From the IMG/VR virus record IMGVR_UViG_2711768806_000001: 64,000 bases of DNA; one strand, given 5' to 3'. The DNA comes from a virus. Below the pieces are notes generated by a model. It saw nothing but the letters and a program-made list of their open reading frames with translations, was not told the DNA's origin and did not search any database. Made by a program: the position numbers and the translations under genes. Of the stretch, positions 25,940-35,236 are shown in pieces. The number at the start of each line of letters is the position of its first letter. Position 1 is the stretch's first letter.

Positions 25940-26266
25940 ATGCAGAAAATCCTCATTTCCCTAATTGTCGGGGTTCTCACTCAGGCGGTTAGGAATCCGG
26001 AGATCCGGGAATTTGTTTCCGGCCTCGTCTTGAAGCTCGCCGACAAGCTGAAGGACGACCTTGTCCCCGCGCTCATCGGCCTGTTCCCAACCTTTGGCGG
26101 TGCGATTATCAAATCCGCTCTCGATTCACTGCCGGGCGTAAAGCTTCCGGATATCGACGTCATCAACTCCGATGTCGCCAAAAAGATCATCGATTCCGAT
26201 CCGGACCTTCCGTTTGTGTCGGACATCATCGACATCACCGAGATTCTTAAGGGCTGGATAAAGTAA
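25940..26266 (+). CDS. Hypothetical membrane-associated protein
   Basis: Hydrophobic N-terminus; upstream of lysis genes. Confidence 0.7.
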   Translation: MQKILISLIVGVLTQAVRNPEIREFVSGLVLKLADKLKDDLVPALIGLFPTFGGAIIKSALDSLPGVKLPDIDVINSDVAKKIIDSDPDLPFVSDIIDITEILKGWIK

Positions 26267-26851
26267 ATGGAGCAGGCGCACGTAAAGGCCTGCTCGAAAT
26301 GTAAAGCGGTGAAGCCGGTCGATCGATTCAATCGCGCTCCAGATAAACGATCCGGCCTATCTTCCCAATGCAAAGACTGCATAAAGGAGAGGGCGGCGCG
26401 GCACTACGCAGAGAATCGTGAAAGACTCCTCCGCAGAAACAAGGAATGGGCTGAAGCAAACCCCGAGAAGGCTCGGGAGGTGCGTCGGCGGAGCGTGCAG
26501 AAAAACAGAGAGCAGCGGAAGCTGTACGCGCGCGAATATCGCAAGCGTCGACCGGATATCACCAAGGCCGCAGAAAGGCGGTGGCGAGAAAACAATCCGG
26601 AAGCGTACAGGGCCTACGAGACGAGAAAGACGGCTCGACGCCGCTCGGCATATCAGTTAGCAGATTTCGCGCCGGAGCAACTAGAGGCCAGGTGGAATTA
26701 CTACGGAGGCAATTGCTGGATGTGCGGCGAGCCTGCCACTTCCATTGACCATGTAAAGCCCATTGCAAAAGGGGGAGCGCACATGCTTTGCAATCTGCGG
26801 CCGACCTGTAAGCCGTGCAATTCGCGAAAAGGCGGGAGGTGGCCACTGTGA
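26267..26851 (+). CDS. HNH endonuclease
   Basis: CWMC...SIDHVKPIAKGGAH.LCNLRPTCKPCNSRKG; N-terminal CSKC..CKDC. Confidence 0.92.
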   Translation: MEQAHVKACSKCKAVKPVDRFNRAPDKRSGLSSQCKDCIKERAARHYAENRERLLRRNKEWAEANPEKAREVRRRSVQKNREQRKLYAREYRKRRPDITKAAERRWRENNPEAYRAYETRKTARRRSAYQLADFAPEQLEARWNYYGGNCWMCGEPATSIDHVKPIAKGGAHMLCNLRPTCKPCNSRKGGRWPL

Positions 26852-28281
26852 CAACTCGACTCAATGTAGAGTTCGCTAAAAAAATCCTCGTCGACCGCAT
26901 CGGAAACAATTACGTTTACGGCGGAAACTGGGACCCCTTCAATCTAAAGAAGGGTACAGACTGCTCAGGTCTCGTTATTGACATCTGCGACGCCGTCCGG
27001 AACGGCACCAAGATGGCGTGGTCCCGTCACGGGATGTCCACCGAGACGTGGCGCCCCCCGTCGATGGGCGGCCGCGCCAACCCCGTCAACGGCCCATTCG
27101 GCACGGTGATGGTCAATCACCCCTCCCAATTCCCGGACAACGCCATCGTTAAGATCGCTATCCACCACGGGCCCGGAGGCGGGGCAAACTCCCACACTTG
27201 GTGCTCTGTCGATGGGATGCGGGGAGAGTCCGCGGGCAGCAAGGGCTGCGTAACGGGCTCGGCCGCGCGCGACCCCTACGACACATCGTATGCCAACAAC
27301 TGGTGGTACCTCCCCGGCCCAATCGTCGAAGACGGCAGCCCCATCCCGGAGGACCCCAACGCGGTCACCTGGGGTATCGACATCTCCAATCACCAGGGCG
27401 AGATGGACCTTAACCGCGTCAAGGCGGAGGGGTTCGATTTCATCTGGTGCAAGGTGTCGGAGGGCGCGAACTACCGCGACCCGTTCTGGCCGGGTAACCG
27501 GGATAAGGCCCGCGCCGCCGGCCTGATCCTGGCGGGCTATCACTACGTCCGCACGGGGGACCCTGCCGCTCAGGCAAAAACCTTCGTGGAGCACCTGGGG
27601 GATAAGTCCATCCCCGCCATGTTGGATTTTGAGGACGGCTCGGGGAACATCGAGCAGTTCTGGGCGGTCAAGGCCGAGATTGAAAAGCTCGGCGTCCAGG
27701 TCCGCCTGTCCTACATTCCTGACTGGTACTGGGAGCGCATCGGAAAGCCGGACCTGTCCAAGGTCCCCGGTCTGATCTCGTCCGAATACGTCAGCGGAAC
27801 CGGATACGCATCGGTGCTATATCCGGGTAATTCAAGCAACTTCTGGAAAGCGTACGGCGGCCGGACGCCCGACGTCCTGCAATTCACCGACAGGGCCCTT
27901 GTGGCTGGCAAGTCGGTCGACGCTAACGCTTTCCGGGGAACACCAGACAAACTGCGCCGACTTTTGGGCGCGGGAGGAGATGACTTCTTGTCCGCATTGA
28001 GCGATGCAGAACAGCGGCTGCTCTTTGATCGCACCAACCAAGTATGGGGCGCCCTCTTTAATCCCGTCGGTTCGGAATCGAAATACAAGGCCGAGGGCGA
28101 GGGCCTGATCTATAAGACCAAGGACATGGTCCGGTTCATCGACAAGAACGTCCACGAGATGCTTGTCGAGCGCCAGGCCATGATGGGGAATCCTGAGGCT
28201 ATCGCCCTCGTCCGCCGAGAGGCAAATAAGGGCGATAAGTGGGCCAAGGTAGTCCTCGACTACATCGAAAGCGAGGGCTAA
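26848..28281 (+). CDS. lysA: Lysin A (N-terminal peptidase-like domain plus GH25 muramidase)
   Basis: GTDCSGLV...HTW peptidase-like region; WGIDISNHQG GH25 start; LDFED motif. Confidence 0.9.
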   Translation: MTTRLNVEFAKKILVDRIGNNYVYGGNWDPFNLKKGTDCSGLVIDICDAVRNGTKMAWSRHGMSTETWRPPSMGGRANPVNGPFGTVMVNHPSQFPDNAIVKIAIHHGPGGGANSHTWCSVDGMRGESAGSKGCVTGSAARDPYDTSYANNWWYLPGPIVEDGSPIPEDPNAVTWGIDISNHQGEMDLNRVKAEGFDFIWCKVSEGANYRDPFWPGNRDKARAAGLILAGYHYVRTGDPAAQAKTFVEHLGDKSIPAMLDFEDGSGNIEQFWAVKAEIEKLGVQVRLSYIPDWYWERIGKPDLSKVPGLISSEYVSGTGYASVLYPGNSSNFWKAYGGRTPDVLQFTDRALVAGKSVDANAFRGTPDKLRRLLGAGGDDFLSALSDAEQRLLFDRTNQVWGALFNPVGSESKYKAEGEGLIYKTKDMVRFIDKNVHEMLVERQAMMGNPEAIALVRREANKGDKWAKVVLDYIESEG

Positions 28282-28661
28282 TGCCCGCTGATATCGACGT
28301 CAAAAACCAGATCGACGGGGAGTTCGCCGACGGCTCTCCCCGTCCGTGGGCTTGGGTTAAAGTAAGGGCCCGCACCGTCCTCGGGAGCCTGAAGGCCAAG
28401 CCCTTCGCCCGGGATATCGCCGGCAAGCCGGTGGCCTCTACGCCTTCGGCGCTGGATCACATCATCGGCGCTTCCGAGCAGACCTCGTGGAGGTATGTCG
28501 CCTCGGACGGCAACGTCTACGACCTCAAGGACGCCTGCCTTATCGCCATTGAACTCCTGCTAGACAGCGTTCCCCCGGGGAAACTCGCGGAATACCGCAA
28601 CAAGGCATCCCAGCTGCGCCCCTGGCCCGCGGGCTACGCAGGCAGGCCTGATTTCGAGTGA
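28281..28661 (+). CDS. Hypothetical protein between lysA and lysB
   Basis: TAATG and GTGA overlaps. Confidence 0.7.
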   Translation: MPADIDVKNQIDGEFADGSPRPWAWVKVRARTVLGSLKAKPFARDIAGKPVASTPSALDHIIGASEQTSWRYVASDGNVYDLKDACLIAIELLLDSVPPGKLAEYRNKASQLRPWPAGYAGRPDFE

Positions 28662-29530
28662 GCCTGTGGCCTGAAATCCGGGCCATGCTCAACGGCGAGT
28701 TCTACGTCCCCGCCGGGACGATCATCTCAGCTAACGGAACCGGGGTCCCCGATGGCGCGGGCCCCGGCTTCGGGGCGGATCTTGCCCGCGAGTTGGAGCG
28801 TGTCGCCGAGGGCATGTGGATCTGGCGCTGGATCGACTATCCTGCGGCCGTTTTCCCAATGCGCCCGAGCATCAACGTCTTGCGCGAAAACCTGAAGGCG
28901 ATGATCCGGGCAACCCCCGGAAAGCTGGTTCTCACGGCCTACAGCCAATCTGCGGTGGCTTTCGCATACGTCTGGCGGGACGACATCCTCAATCCCAACG
29001 GGGAGTTGCATGACCGCCTGGATGATATCGAAGCGGTTATTCTGTACGGCAACCCCGTGCGAGCCCCTGGCATTGCGTATGGCAATGAGCTTGGTGGGCA
29101 GCCCGCGCCGGGCAAGCTGAATGGCCACGTCACTGGCGGGATCGCCGGGCCCGACTGCCTGAAGCCCGAAGAGTGCCTCCACCCGGTCACGGGTAAACGG
29201 ATCGTCTTGGACTTCGCGAATGCCGGCGACCTCTACGCTGCGGCCCCGGTCGGTGCCGAACCCTGGGTCAAGGAGACTGAGGTCGGCCACAACGAGACGC
29301 TCATCTACGAAGCGGTGATGGACTTCAACGGTCGCGACATCATGGCCTTTGCCAAGGAGATTGCGCAGATTCTCACAATGCCGCTATCGCAGGTGATCCC
29401 TCTCGTGCAGGCGATCATCAACGGCTTGACATTCCTGGCGCAGGGCCCGCGAGCACCGCACTGGACCTACAGCATCGCTCCGGCCGTCGATTACCTGGTC
29501 CGCTGCGGGAACGAGCTTAGAAAGAACTGA
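28658..29530 (+). CDS. lysB: Lysin B (cutinase-like mycolylarabinogalactan esterase)
   Basis: ANGTG, WIDYPA, AYSQS nucleophile elbow, YGNP, C-terminal PHWTY. Confidence 0.9.
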   Translation: MSLWPEIRAMLNGEFYVPAGTIISANGTGVPDGAGPGFGADLARELERVAEGMWIWRWIDYPAAVFPMRPSINVLRENLKAMIRATPGKLVLTAYSQSAVAFAYVWRDDILNPNGELHDRLDDIEAVILYGNPVRAPGIAYGNELGGQPAPGKLNGHVTGGIAGPDCLKPEECLHPVTGKRIVLDFANAGDLYAAAPVGAEPWVKETEVGHNETLIYEAVMDFNGRDIMAFAKEIAQILTMPLSQVIPLVQAIINGLTFLAQGPRAPHWTYSIAPAVDYLVRCGNELRKN

Positions 29531-29532
29531 AC

Positions 29533-29841
29533 ATGAATCTCGGAAAATACTGGAAAGCGTTCTGCGCCTTCCTGTCCCTGGTGGCCACCAACCTGGCCTA
29601 CCGGGTGACCAATGGCGAGGAGCCGCTGCCGGCCCTTGACGACTACAAGGGGTGGGCGCTGTTCGCGGCCACCACCGTGGCGGGAACCTTCATCACGTGG
29701 GCGAAGGGCAATAAGGGTTTCGTGGAGGCCGATAGGGTCGAGTCTCCGGCCGTTGTTGAGGATTCGGTTAACGGGTCCGAAGCCGACACTATCCCGATCC
29801 CCGTGCAGCCCGCCCCTAAGCGTCGGAAACCTGTGATCTAG
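29533..29841 (+). CDS. Holin
   Basis: Two hydrophobic segments (KAFCAFLSLV; WALFAATTVAGTFITW); follows lysB. Confidence 0.75.
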   Translation: MNLGKYWKAFCAFLSLVATNLAYRVTNGEEPLPALDDYKGWALFAATTVAGTFITWAKGNKGFVEADRVESPAVVEDSVNGSEADTIPIPVQPAPKRRKPVI

Positions 29842-30236
29842 TGGATGCGCCCGGGTACGAGCCCACCAGTTGGCTCGGCGTTGTGCCCTGGCTGTTGTAC
29901 GCCGCGCCTCTTATTCTGCTCGCCTTCGTCACCGTACGGGGGCAGTGGAAGGCGCGGCGTCACAACGTTGAGCAGGCCGCAACCAACGACGAGCTCAAGA
30001 AGACCATGGGCACCATTCGCAACAACGTCCAGAATGGCCACCCCACCCTAATGCGCGAAGACATCGACAAACTCATTGAGGGAATCAAAGAGTTGAGAGA
30101 TGAGCAGAAGGAGCAGGGGGAGACGTTGGTCCGCGTGGACAGGCGTTTGGATCGCGTCGAAGAACGGCTCGACCGTGTCGACTGCAACCTTTCAATCGAA
30201 CGCCAGGAACGTATCGCTGGCGACAGGAGAGCATGA
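29841..30236 (+). CDS. Lysis-cassette membrane protein with coiled coil
   Basis: One TM; NGHPTLMREDID motif; coiled-coil tail. Confidence 0.75.
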   Translation: MDAPGYEPTSWLGVVPWLLYAAPLILLAFVTVRGQWKARRHNVEQAATNDELKKTMGTIRNNVQNGHPTLMREDIDKLIEGIKELRDEQKEQGETLVRVDRRLDRVEERLDRVDCNLSIERQERIAGDRRA

Positions 30237-30481
30237 AAGTAACTGTTTATTCCCCGCCGACCCCCTGTACCTGGTGCAACGCCACCAAGACCCGTCTCAA
30301 GGGGCTCAAGATAGAGTTTGAGCCCAAGACGGCCGACGAGGAAGACATTGCCCGCTTCAGGGCAATGGGCCACGAAGCGTTCCCGGTTGTCATCGTCGAA
30401 AGAGGCGGCGAGGAGCCGTGGACGTGGTCTGGCTACCGAGACATCGAAATCAAGAAGCTTGCCGAGCTAGCAAGTAAATAA
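30233..30481 (+). CDS. nrdH: NrdH-like glutaredoxin
   Basis: VTVYS..PCTWCNATK CxxC; FPVV; WSGYR. Confidence 0.9.
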   Translation: MKVTVYSPPTPCTWCNATKTRLKGLKIEFEPKTADEEDIARFRAMGHEAFPVVIVERGGEEPWTWSGYRDIEIKKLAELASK

Positions 30482-30497
30482 TCAGCTCACATAGACT

Positions 30498-30596
30498 GAC
30501 GCCCCGCGCTCCCCGGCCGTTCCCCCCGGGTTTTGAGCGCGGGGCGTCTTCTGTCGTTTTAGGCCCCGTTTAGCTTCGGCTAGGCGGGGCCTTTTC
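30498..30596 (+). terminator. Two tandem hairpins/terminators at the convergence of rightward and leftward operons
   Basis: 14-bp stem 30498-30511/30535-30548; AGGCCCCG/CGGGGCCT-TTT at 30561-30596. Confidence 0.75.
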
Positions 30597-30830
30597 TGCG
30601 TTTCTTAGGTCGAGAATCTCAGCGGCGTTGGCGCGGGCCTGGCTGTTCTCGGTCTCGTTACTGGTTAAGGTCTCGATCGCCCATCCGCGGAGGGATTCGA
30701 GAACACCCCGCGAGGGCGTTGGCCCGTAGACCCGCTCTTGATAACCGTGGGCGGGGCAGAGCCACTGCTCCACGGTTTGCAGGTACTGGACGCGAGTGCC
30801 GCACCAGCAGTAGTCGTTCTCGTTGGTCAT
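30570..30830 (-). CDS. Hypothetical zinc-finger-like protein
   Basis: CWCG...CPAHG; AAGG SD. Confidence 0.7.
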   Translation of the reverse strand: MTNENDYCWCGTRVQYLQTVEQWLCPAHGYQERVYGPTPSRGVLESLRGWAIETLTSNETENSQARANAAEILDLRNAEKAPPSRS

Positions 30831-30866
30831 GGGCTTCCTTAAGCGTATGCCTTCATAAAGGGGAAG

Positions 30867-31058
30867 TTAAGCGAGTTTTGGCCCGTATTCGGGCGGGCCT
30901 AACTCGGGGTAAACAAGCCACGCTACGTACTCGCCGGCGGCCTCGGCCAACTCGGCGCGCAGCCCGGCGAGATATTCCCGCAAGCAGTGCCGCTCGATCA
31001 CCTGAAGGATGTTGACGAGGCTGCCGTGGAGCTCCTCTTCGGGGGTCACTGGGATCAC
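30867..31058 (-). CDS. Hypothetical protein
   Basis: 4-bp overlap with upstream gene. Confidence 0.6.
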   Translation of the reverse strand: MIPVTPEEELHGSLVNILQVIERHCLREYLAGLRAELAEAAGEYVAWLVYPELGPPEYGPKLA

Positions 31059-31405
31059 TGGTGCACCCTGCGGCGCCTTTCGTCACTATCGGCAACAATG
31101 CATGTATGCAGTTCCTCGTCGCCGAATTGCACCTCAACCCAGGACAAGCATGTTGAGTCGTCGTCGTAGCACTGGGCGTCAAGCCATTCCACGAGGGCTT
31201 CCCGCTGCGCATCGCCCTCGTCGGAGGTGTCCCAGCCCTCCTTTGAGCCGTCGGGGGCCACAAGGAACGATTGGTACATGTTGATGCGCCCATCGACCAG
31301 CGGGGAGACGCACGCACCCAATTCAACAGCCTTGGCGTGAGCTTCGGCGAGCAGTTTCTGATCCCACGACGTAACTACAATCGCGTGGTGGCGCATGTAG
31401 CCCAT
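31055..31405 (-). CDS. Hypothetical protein
   Basis: MGYMRHHAIVVTSW...FLVAPDGSKEGW; TAATG overlap. Confidence 0.75.
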   Translation of the reverse strand: MGYMRHHAIVVTSWDQKLLAEAHAKAVELGACVSPLVDGRINMYQSFLVAPDGSKEGWDTSDEGDAQREALVEWLDAQCYDDDSTCLSWVEVQFGDEELHTCIVADSDERRRRVHQ

Positions 31406-31527
31406 TACTTCGCCTCGCCGGGGTGGCCGGTCCAGTCGATGAGACTGTTGTAGCAAAGGTGCCATTCGTAGTACCAGCCCGCGTCCATCCTTGCCGCGAT
31501 CAGCGCTATGGCATCCTTGGCGGTCAT
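31405..31527 (-). CDS. Hypothetical 40-aa protein
   Basis: MTAKDAIALIAARMDAGWYYEW...; overlaps both neighbours; below ORF-track cut-off. Confidence 0.6.
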   Translation of the reverse strand: MTAKDAIALIAARMDAGWYYEWHLCYNSLIDWTGHPGEAK

Positions 31528-31940
31528 TCCACCACCTGCACAACCCGGGCGCTCAACTGCCCATCAGGGGTGCTGCAATACTCCCAGTCGCCGAGCTGGC
31601 TCCACTTGTCGCCGACCATGTCGAAGTTGCCGACCTTGCCGTCGTCGCACCCCAGAACTTCGTACACCACGGTGAAGCGCATGGTTTCCGGGAGGATCGG
31701 CCCGTTGTACCGGGGGTCGATTTTGAATCGGACATTGCATCCGGCCGAGCCGTAGCACTGCCGTTCGATGACGTTGACGCCGACCTGGAAATCCCCAGGC
31801 ACGGGGAGACTAGCCTCCTCGACAACGGCTGCGGGAGTAGTGGTCATGGGGGAGCCCGCGGCGATCGGTTTACCGTCGACCGGGACGCACGCCACGCCGA
31901 AGAGCGCGGTCGTTGCGATTACTGTTGCGATGCGTAGCAT
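31524..31940 (-). CDS. Putative lipoprotein
   Basis: Signal peptide with lipobox-like GVAC; QCYGSAGCNV motif. Confidence 0.7.
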   Translation of the reverse strand: MLRIATVIATTALFGVACVPVDGKPIAAGSPMTTTPAAVVEEASLPVPGDFQVGVNVIERQCYGSAGCNVRFKIDPRYNGPILPETMRFTVVYEVLGCDDGKVGNFDMVGDKWSQLGDWEYCSTPDGQLSARVVQVVE

Positions 31941-31999
31941 GGTGCTTGCCTTTCATTGAGGGCGTGGGCGGGCGGTTCTTGACGGGACGGCCCGCCCAC

Positions 32000-32161
32000 T
32001 TACAGGTACATCCCCAGGAGGGGTTCTGGCTCCTTGATGGGCCCAAGGTGCTCGTCGAGGTATTCGGCGGTCAGCCGGTTGGTGACAACGGCGCTGGCGA
32101 CCAGAACCCGCCGGGCGAACTCCCGCGTCATGGGAAAAGTCAAACGATGGGTGATATCCAT
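32000..32161 (-). CDS. Hypothetical protein
   Basis: MDITHRLTFP..., between lsr2 and lipoprotein. Confidence 0.55.
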   Translation of the reverse strand: MDITHRLTFPMTREFARRVLVASAVVTNRLTAEYLDEHLGPIKEPEPLLGMYL

Positions 32162-32165
32162 TTGA

Positions 32166-32516
32166 CTATCCCGCGTGCGAGAACTGCGGATGGGCCTCCT
32201 CGAAGGCGTTGACAATATCCCGGGGGATACGCCCGCGGTCGGACACCTTCTTGCCGCTACGCCGCGCCCAGTCCCGGATGGCGGACAACTGGTCGGCCTT
32301 GTCGGTGGGCGACACCTTGGCCTTGGGCTTGGGGGCGGCCTTCTTGCTGCCGTGGACCTTGCGGGCGGATTCGATGAAGCCGGCGAGGGCCTTTTCCAGC
32401 TCCTCGTAGGTGGAGTCGACGAGGTCGATCTCGTAGGTCTCGCCCTCGATGGAGAATCGGCGCGTCTTTGCGCCCTCGTCTCCCGTGATGTCATCCACTA
32501 GCACCGTCTTGATCAT
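32166..32516 (-). CDS. lsr2: Lsr2-like nucleoid-associated protein
   Basis: LVDDITG, YEIDL, AIRDWARRSG..VSDRGRIP AT-hook-like RGR. Confidence 0.95.
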   Translation of the reverse strand: MIKTVLVDDITGDEGAKTRRFSIEGETYEIDLVDSTYEELEKALAGFIESARKVHGSKKAAPKPKAKVSPTDKADQLSAIRDWARRSGKKVSDRGRIPRDIVNAFEEAHPQFSHAG

Positions 32517-32551
32517 GTCATCTCCTTCGGATAACGGATTGGTTATCTAGA

Positions 32552-32580
32552 AAGATATAGACCTATCGCGAAGGCGTCAA
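32552..32580 (-). promoter_or_regulatory. SigA-like promoter for lsr2
   Basis: Minus strand TTGACG-17 nt-TATCTT. Confidence 0.7.
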
Positions 32581-32608
32581 CCTAAATCTCGCTGAGAGAT
32601 TCCCTTTG

Positions 32609-33232
32609 CTAAGACCATAAGTATCGCATGATGTCCACAAAGTCGTGTCGAGCCTGGTCGACGCGGGCCAGCCACTCTTCCTCTCGCTGGCGATAGGCGG
32701 CGTATACGTCCCTTCGCTCAGGGCTGGACTTGAAAATGACGGCCCCGTCGCCTCGTAGCTCGAAATCGTCACCCCGTTCCCGCCCTGGCGGGTGCAGGAT
32801 CACCTCCTCTTCTTCGGTGTACTTCGGGCGGGGCTCGTTCAGGCGGGCGATAATATCCTCATATCGTTCCCGCTGGTCCTCATTGTCGCAGACCGAGTAT
32901 TCCAAGTGGTAGCGCAGGCTGGCGGTGGCGAGATCATTGAAGCTAGAATCGAACTCGTCAAGAATCCAGTTGAGGTTACGGAGGTAATCCGGCCCCTCGA
33001 CCAAGGTCAGGTAGTCCTTGCCCGGGGTGGAGAGGTGAATCTGCCAATCCTTGGTAACTGGGATTCGCAGATCCCACTGCCTGCAGCGTCCGCGACTCAG
33101 CCAAGATTCCGTCACCGACCGATGGTGGTCAATGCCGAACGATCCGATGGGGGTGTCCACTCGATACCAACCCTGCGGACGGTAGGCGTGGAAGCCCCAG
33201 CTTCGCCAGCTCCAGTCAATCCGGTTTTTCAT
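32609..33232 (-). CDS. Hypothetical protein
   Basis: ATGA overlap; C-terminal QARHDFVDIMRYLWS. Confidence 0.75.
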   Translation of the reverse strand: MKNRIDWSWRSWGFHAYRPQGWYRVDTPIGSFGIDHHRSVTESWLSRGRCRQWDLRIPVTKDWQIHLSTPGKDYLTLVEGPDYLRNLNWILDEFDSSFNDLATASLRYHLEYSVCDNEDQRERYEDIIARLNEPRPKYTEEEEVILHPPGRERGDDFELRGDGAVIFKSSPERRDVYAAYRQREEEWLARVDQARHDFVDIMRYLWS

Positions 33233-33702
33233 TTGAGCGACTCCAAACACTTCACCAAGAAGTCGACAGGAAGATCGCCCTTGATCTCCATGCCTCTCCC
33301 GATGTACTTGTACCAGTGCACTTCGCCTCCGGTGGGCTTGTAGAGGAAGTTGGGCGCGAAGCCTGTAGTGCGACGCTTGACGCACCCATCGCACTGCAAC
33401 TCTTCAACGATGCGGTAAGAGCGAGCTCGCGGGTTCGCTTCGTAGTACGTTTCGGAGTTGACCGCCTGGCCGTCAACAAAGTATTGATAGACCCCGTCTG
33501 GACATTCGCAATCGAGGCACCAGGGGCAATCCATCCGCTCACACCAGCAGAACGGGTGCATCATGAAGACGTCGTTCTCGTAATCGCATCCGTAGCCGTT
33601 GTCGCCGCCGAGGACCCCCAGCGGACCTTCTCCGGTGAGGCTCCGGAGCGCCTTGGTCAACTCGCGTAACGAGCTGGATATGTATTCTTCCGACAGGGCC
33701 AT
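33229..33702 (-). CDS. Hypothetical Cys-rich protein
   Basis: HPFCWC..CPWC; PNFLYKPTG..VHWYKYIGRGM. Confidence 0.75.
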   Translation of the reverse strand: MALSEEYISSSLRELTKALRSLTGEGPLGVLGGDNGYGCDYENDVFMMHPFCWCERMDCPWCLDCECPDGVYQYFVDGQAVNSETYYEANPRARSYRIVEELQCDGCVKRRTTGFAPNFLYKPTGGEVHWYKYIGRGMEIKGDLPVDFLVKCLESLK

Positions 33703-33772
33703 TCAACTTTCCTTCTCTATCGGTCCTGATGCGCTTCAGCCTCGGTGATCTCGGTCCCCTCGAAGAAGAATC

Positions 33773-33973
33773 TCATTCGCGGGGCCTAACCTCGGTCGTT
33801 CTCACCGCCACCGTCTGATACGGGGACAGTCGGGAGGTGATGGACCCGTAATCCGCCTCCGGGTCCACCTTGATCGTGCAGAACACCCAACCGCGTTCCA
33901 CCTTTTCAACGTGGCCCTCGTGCTCGATGCCTTCAAATTCGACGATGACGTCATCGCCAGGCTTGGGGGTCAT
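33773..33973 (-). CDS. Hypothetical SH3-like protein
   Basis: KPGDDVIVEFEGIEHEGHV. Confidence 0.7.
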   Translation of the reverse strand: MTPKPGDDVIVEFEGIEHEGHVEKVERGWVFCTIKVDPEADYGSITSRLSPYQTVAVRTTEVRPRE

Positions 33974-34143
33974 GCCTTCTCCAAAAGTCGGGTGAGGTCG
34001 GCGCGCACCGACCGGTAGACATCGTCCAGCGCGTTGATCGCGTTGGTGACGGTTGTGTGGGTGATGTCGGGTATCTCGACGGACACATGCGGGCCATAAC
34101 CTGCCCCGTAGAACTCGTGCTTGTTGAATACGTGCCTGTTCAC
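33970..34143 (-). CDS. Hypothetical 57-aa protein
   Basis: MNRHVFNKHEFYG...; 4-bp overlaps on both ends. Confidence 0.6.
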   Translation of the reverse strand: MNRHVFNKHEFYGAGYGPHVSVEIPDITHTTVTNAINALDDVYRSVRADLTRLLEKA

Positions 34144-34517
34144 AGTTCTTGCTCCCGCCAGTTAGGATTGGCCGCCTCTACCGCGGCCGAGAAATCTGCC
34201 AATTCGTCTCGCATCCAATCCGCGATCTCGCCGTCGCGGCTGTAGTGCTTAAAGCGTTTGCCCGGGCGGGTGGCGGCCATCCAGCACGTCTTATCGGAGA
34301 ACAGGTCCAGGTGGACCGAGCGGTCGCCGCCGCGCCAATAGAACGTCAGGTCCCCGTTGTCCGGCGCAATCGAGGCGTACACAGTATCCGGGGTGAAAAG
34401 CTGCTCCACCACCTTGTAGCCCCACTGAGCCGTGTGCAGGCCGATGTGCCCGCCACTCCAGAGGTTGGCGATATCCAACTTGGCCCGCTCGGTAGCGGAG
34501 CGTGTATCAAGCTTCAT
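34140..34517 (-). CDS. Hypothetical protein
   Basis: ATGA overlap in packed run. Confidence 0.7.
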   Translation of the reverse strand: MKLDTRSATERAKLDIANLWSGGHIGLHTAQWGYKVVEQLFTPDTVYASIAPDNGDLTFYWRGGDRSVHLDLFSDKTCWMAATRPGKRFKHYSRDGEIADWMRDELADFSAAVEAANPNWREQEL

Positions 34518-34756
34518 GATTCCCCCGGCTCGAGGATCAGATGGGCCACCCCGGCGTCCGAGCGGTCGGGGATGTAGATGGACATCTCGGTCACGTAATA
34601 GACGGGCTCTTTTGAGCCCGGCCTGGCCGACACGTGCCACCCGCTATGGCCTTCGCGGCCGACGCAGAACACCTTCCCAACGCGATCATTGGACTCGAAT
34701 CCGCAGTGCTGGAGGTCGGCGACGCGCGGGCGCCCCTCCTTTAGGCGATGCTTCAT
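34514..34756 (-). CDS. Hypothetical protein
   Basis: CGF...FCVGREGHSGWH; overlaps. Confidence 0.65.
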   Translation of the reverse strand: MKHRLKEGRPRVADLQHCGFESNDRVGKVFCVGREGHSGWHVSARPGSKEPVYYVTEMSIYIPDRSDAGVAHLILEPGES

Positions 34757-35040
34757 TCGACTACCCTCCAGCCGTCGATGTAGGGAGCCTTCAGCCGGGC
34801 GACATTGTCCTCGCCGTTGACCCCCACTGACCTCGGCAGCTTGACCACCGCGTAGCGCTCGGCATCTAGATCGGCCAGGATCACGTCAGCCGCGGCGCGG
34901 CGCACCTCATCACTCCACCCGGCGAGAAGTCCAAGGTTGCGCAGTGTGCGGGCAATACTTTCGGACGCCCCGACATCAATGAAGTCTGGGCGAGGATTGG
35001 AGCGCAGCATATCCTCGATCCATTCGCCTAACTCACTCAT
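34753..35040 (-). CDS. Hypothetical protein
   Basis: AVVKLP motif; packed run. Confidence 0.65.
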   Translation of the reverse strand: MSELGEWIEDMLRSNPRPDFIDVGASESIARTLRNLGLLAGWSDEVRRAAADVILADLDAERYAVVKLPRSVGVNGEDNVARLKAPYIDGWRVVE

Positions 35041-35236
35041 CACTCACCACGTATCCACGTTTGAAGAAGGCCGTCCGGACAATCTGCTCGGCAAGGTGAA
35101 TCCCATGGGCCCGGCTGGAGTGGTTTCGAGAAACCTCGAAGGTGCCGGCGTCACATGTGGACTCGGCCTTGTCTATCTCGGCATTCCAGAGTTTGTCGAG
35201 TTCGGTCATGATCTCTTTGAGAATGTCGTTCATCAA
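35033..35236 (-). CDS. Hypothetical protein
   Basis: Packed run with overlaps. Confidence 0.65.
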   Translation of the reverse strand: MMNDILKEIMTELDKLWNAEIDKAESTCDAGTFEVSRNHSSRAHGIHLAEQIVRTAFFKRGYVVSDE

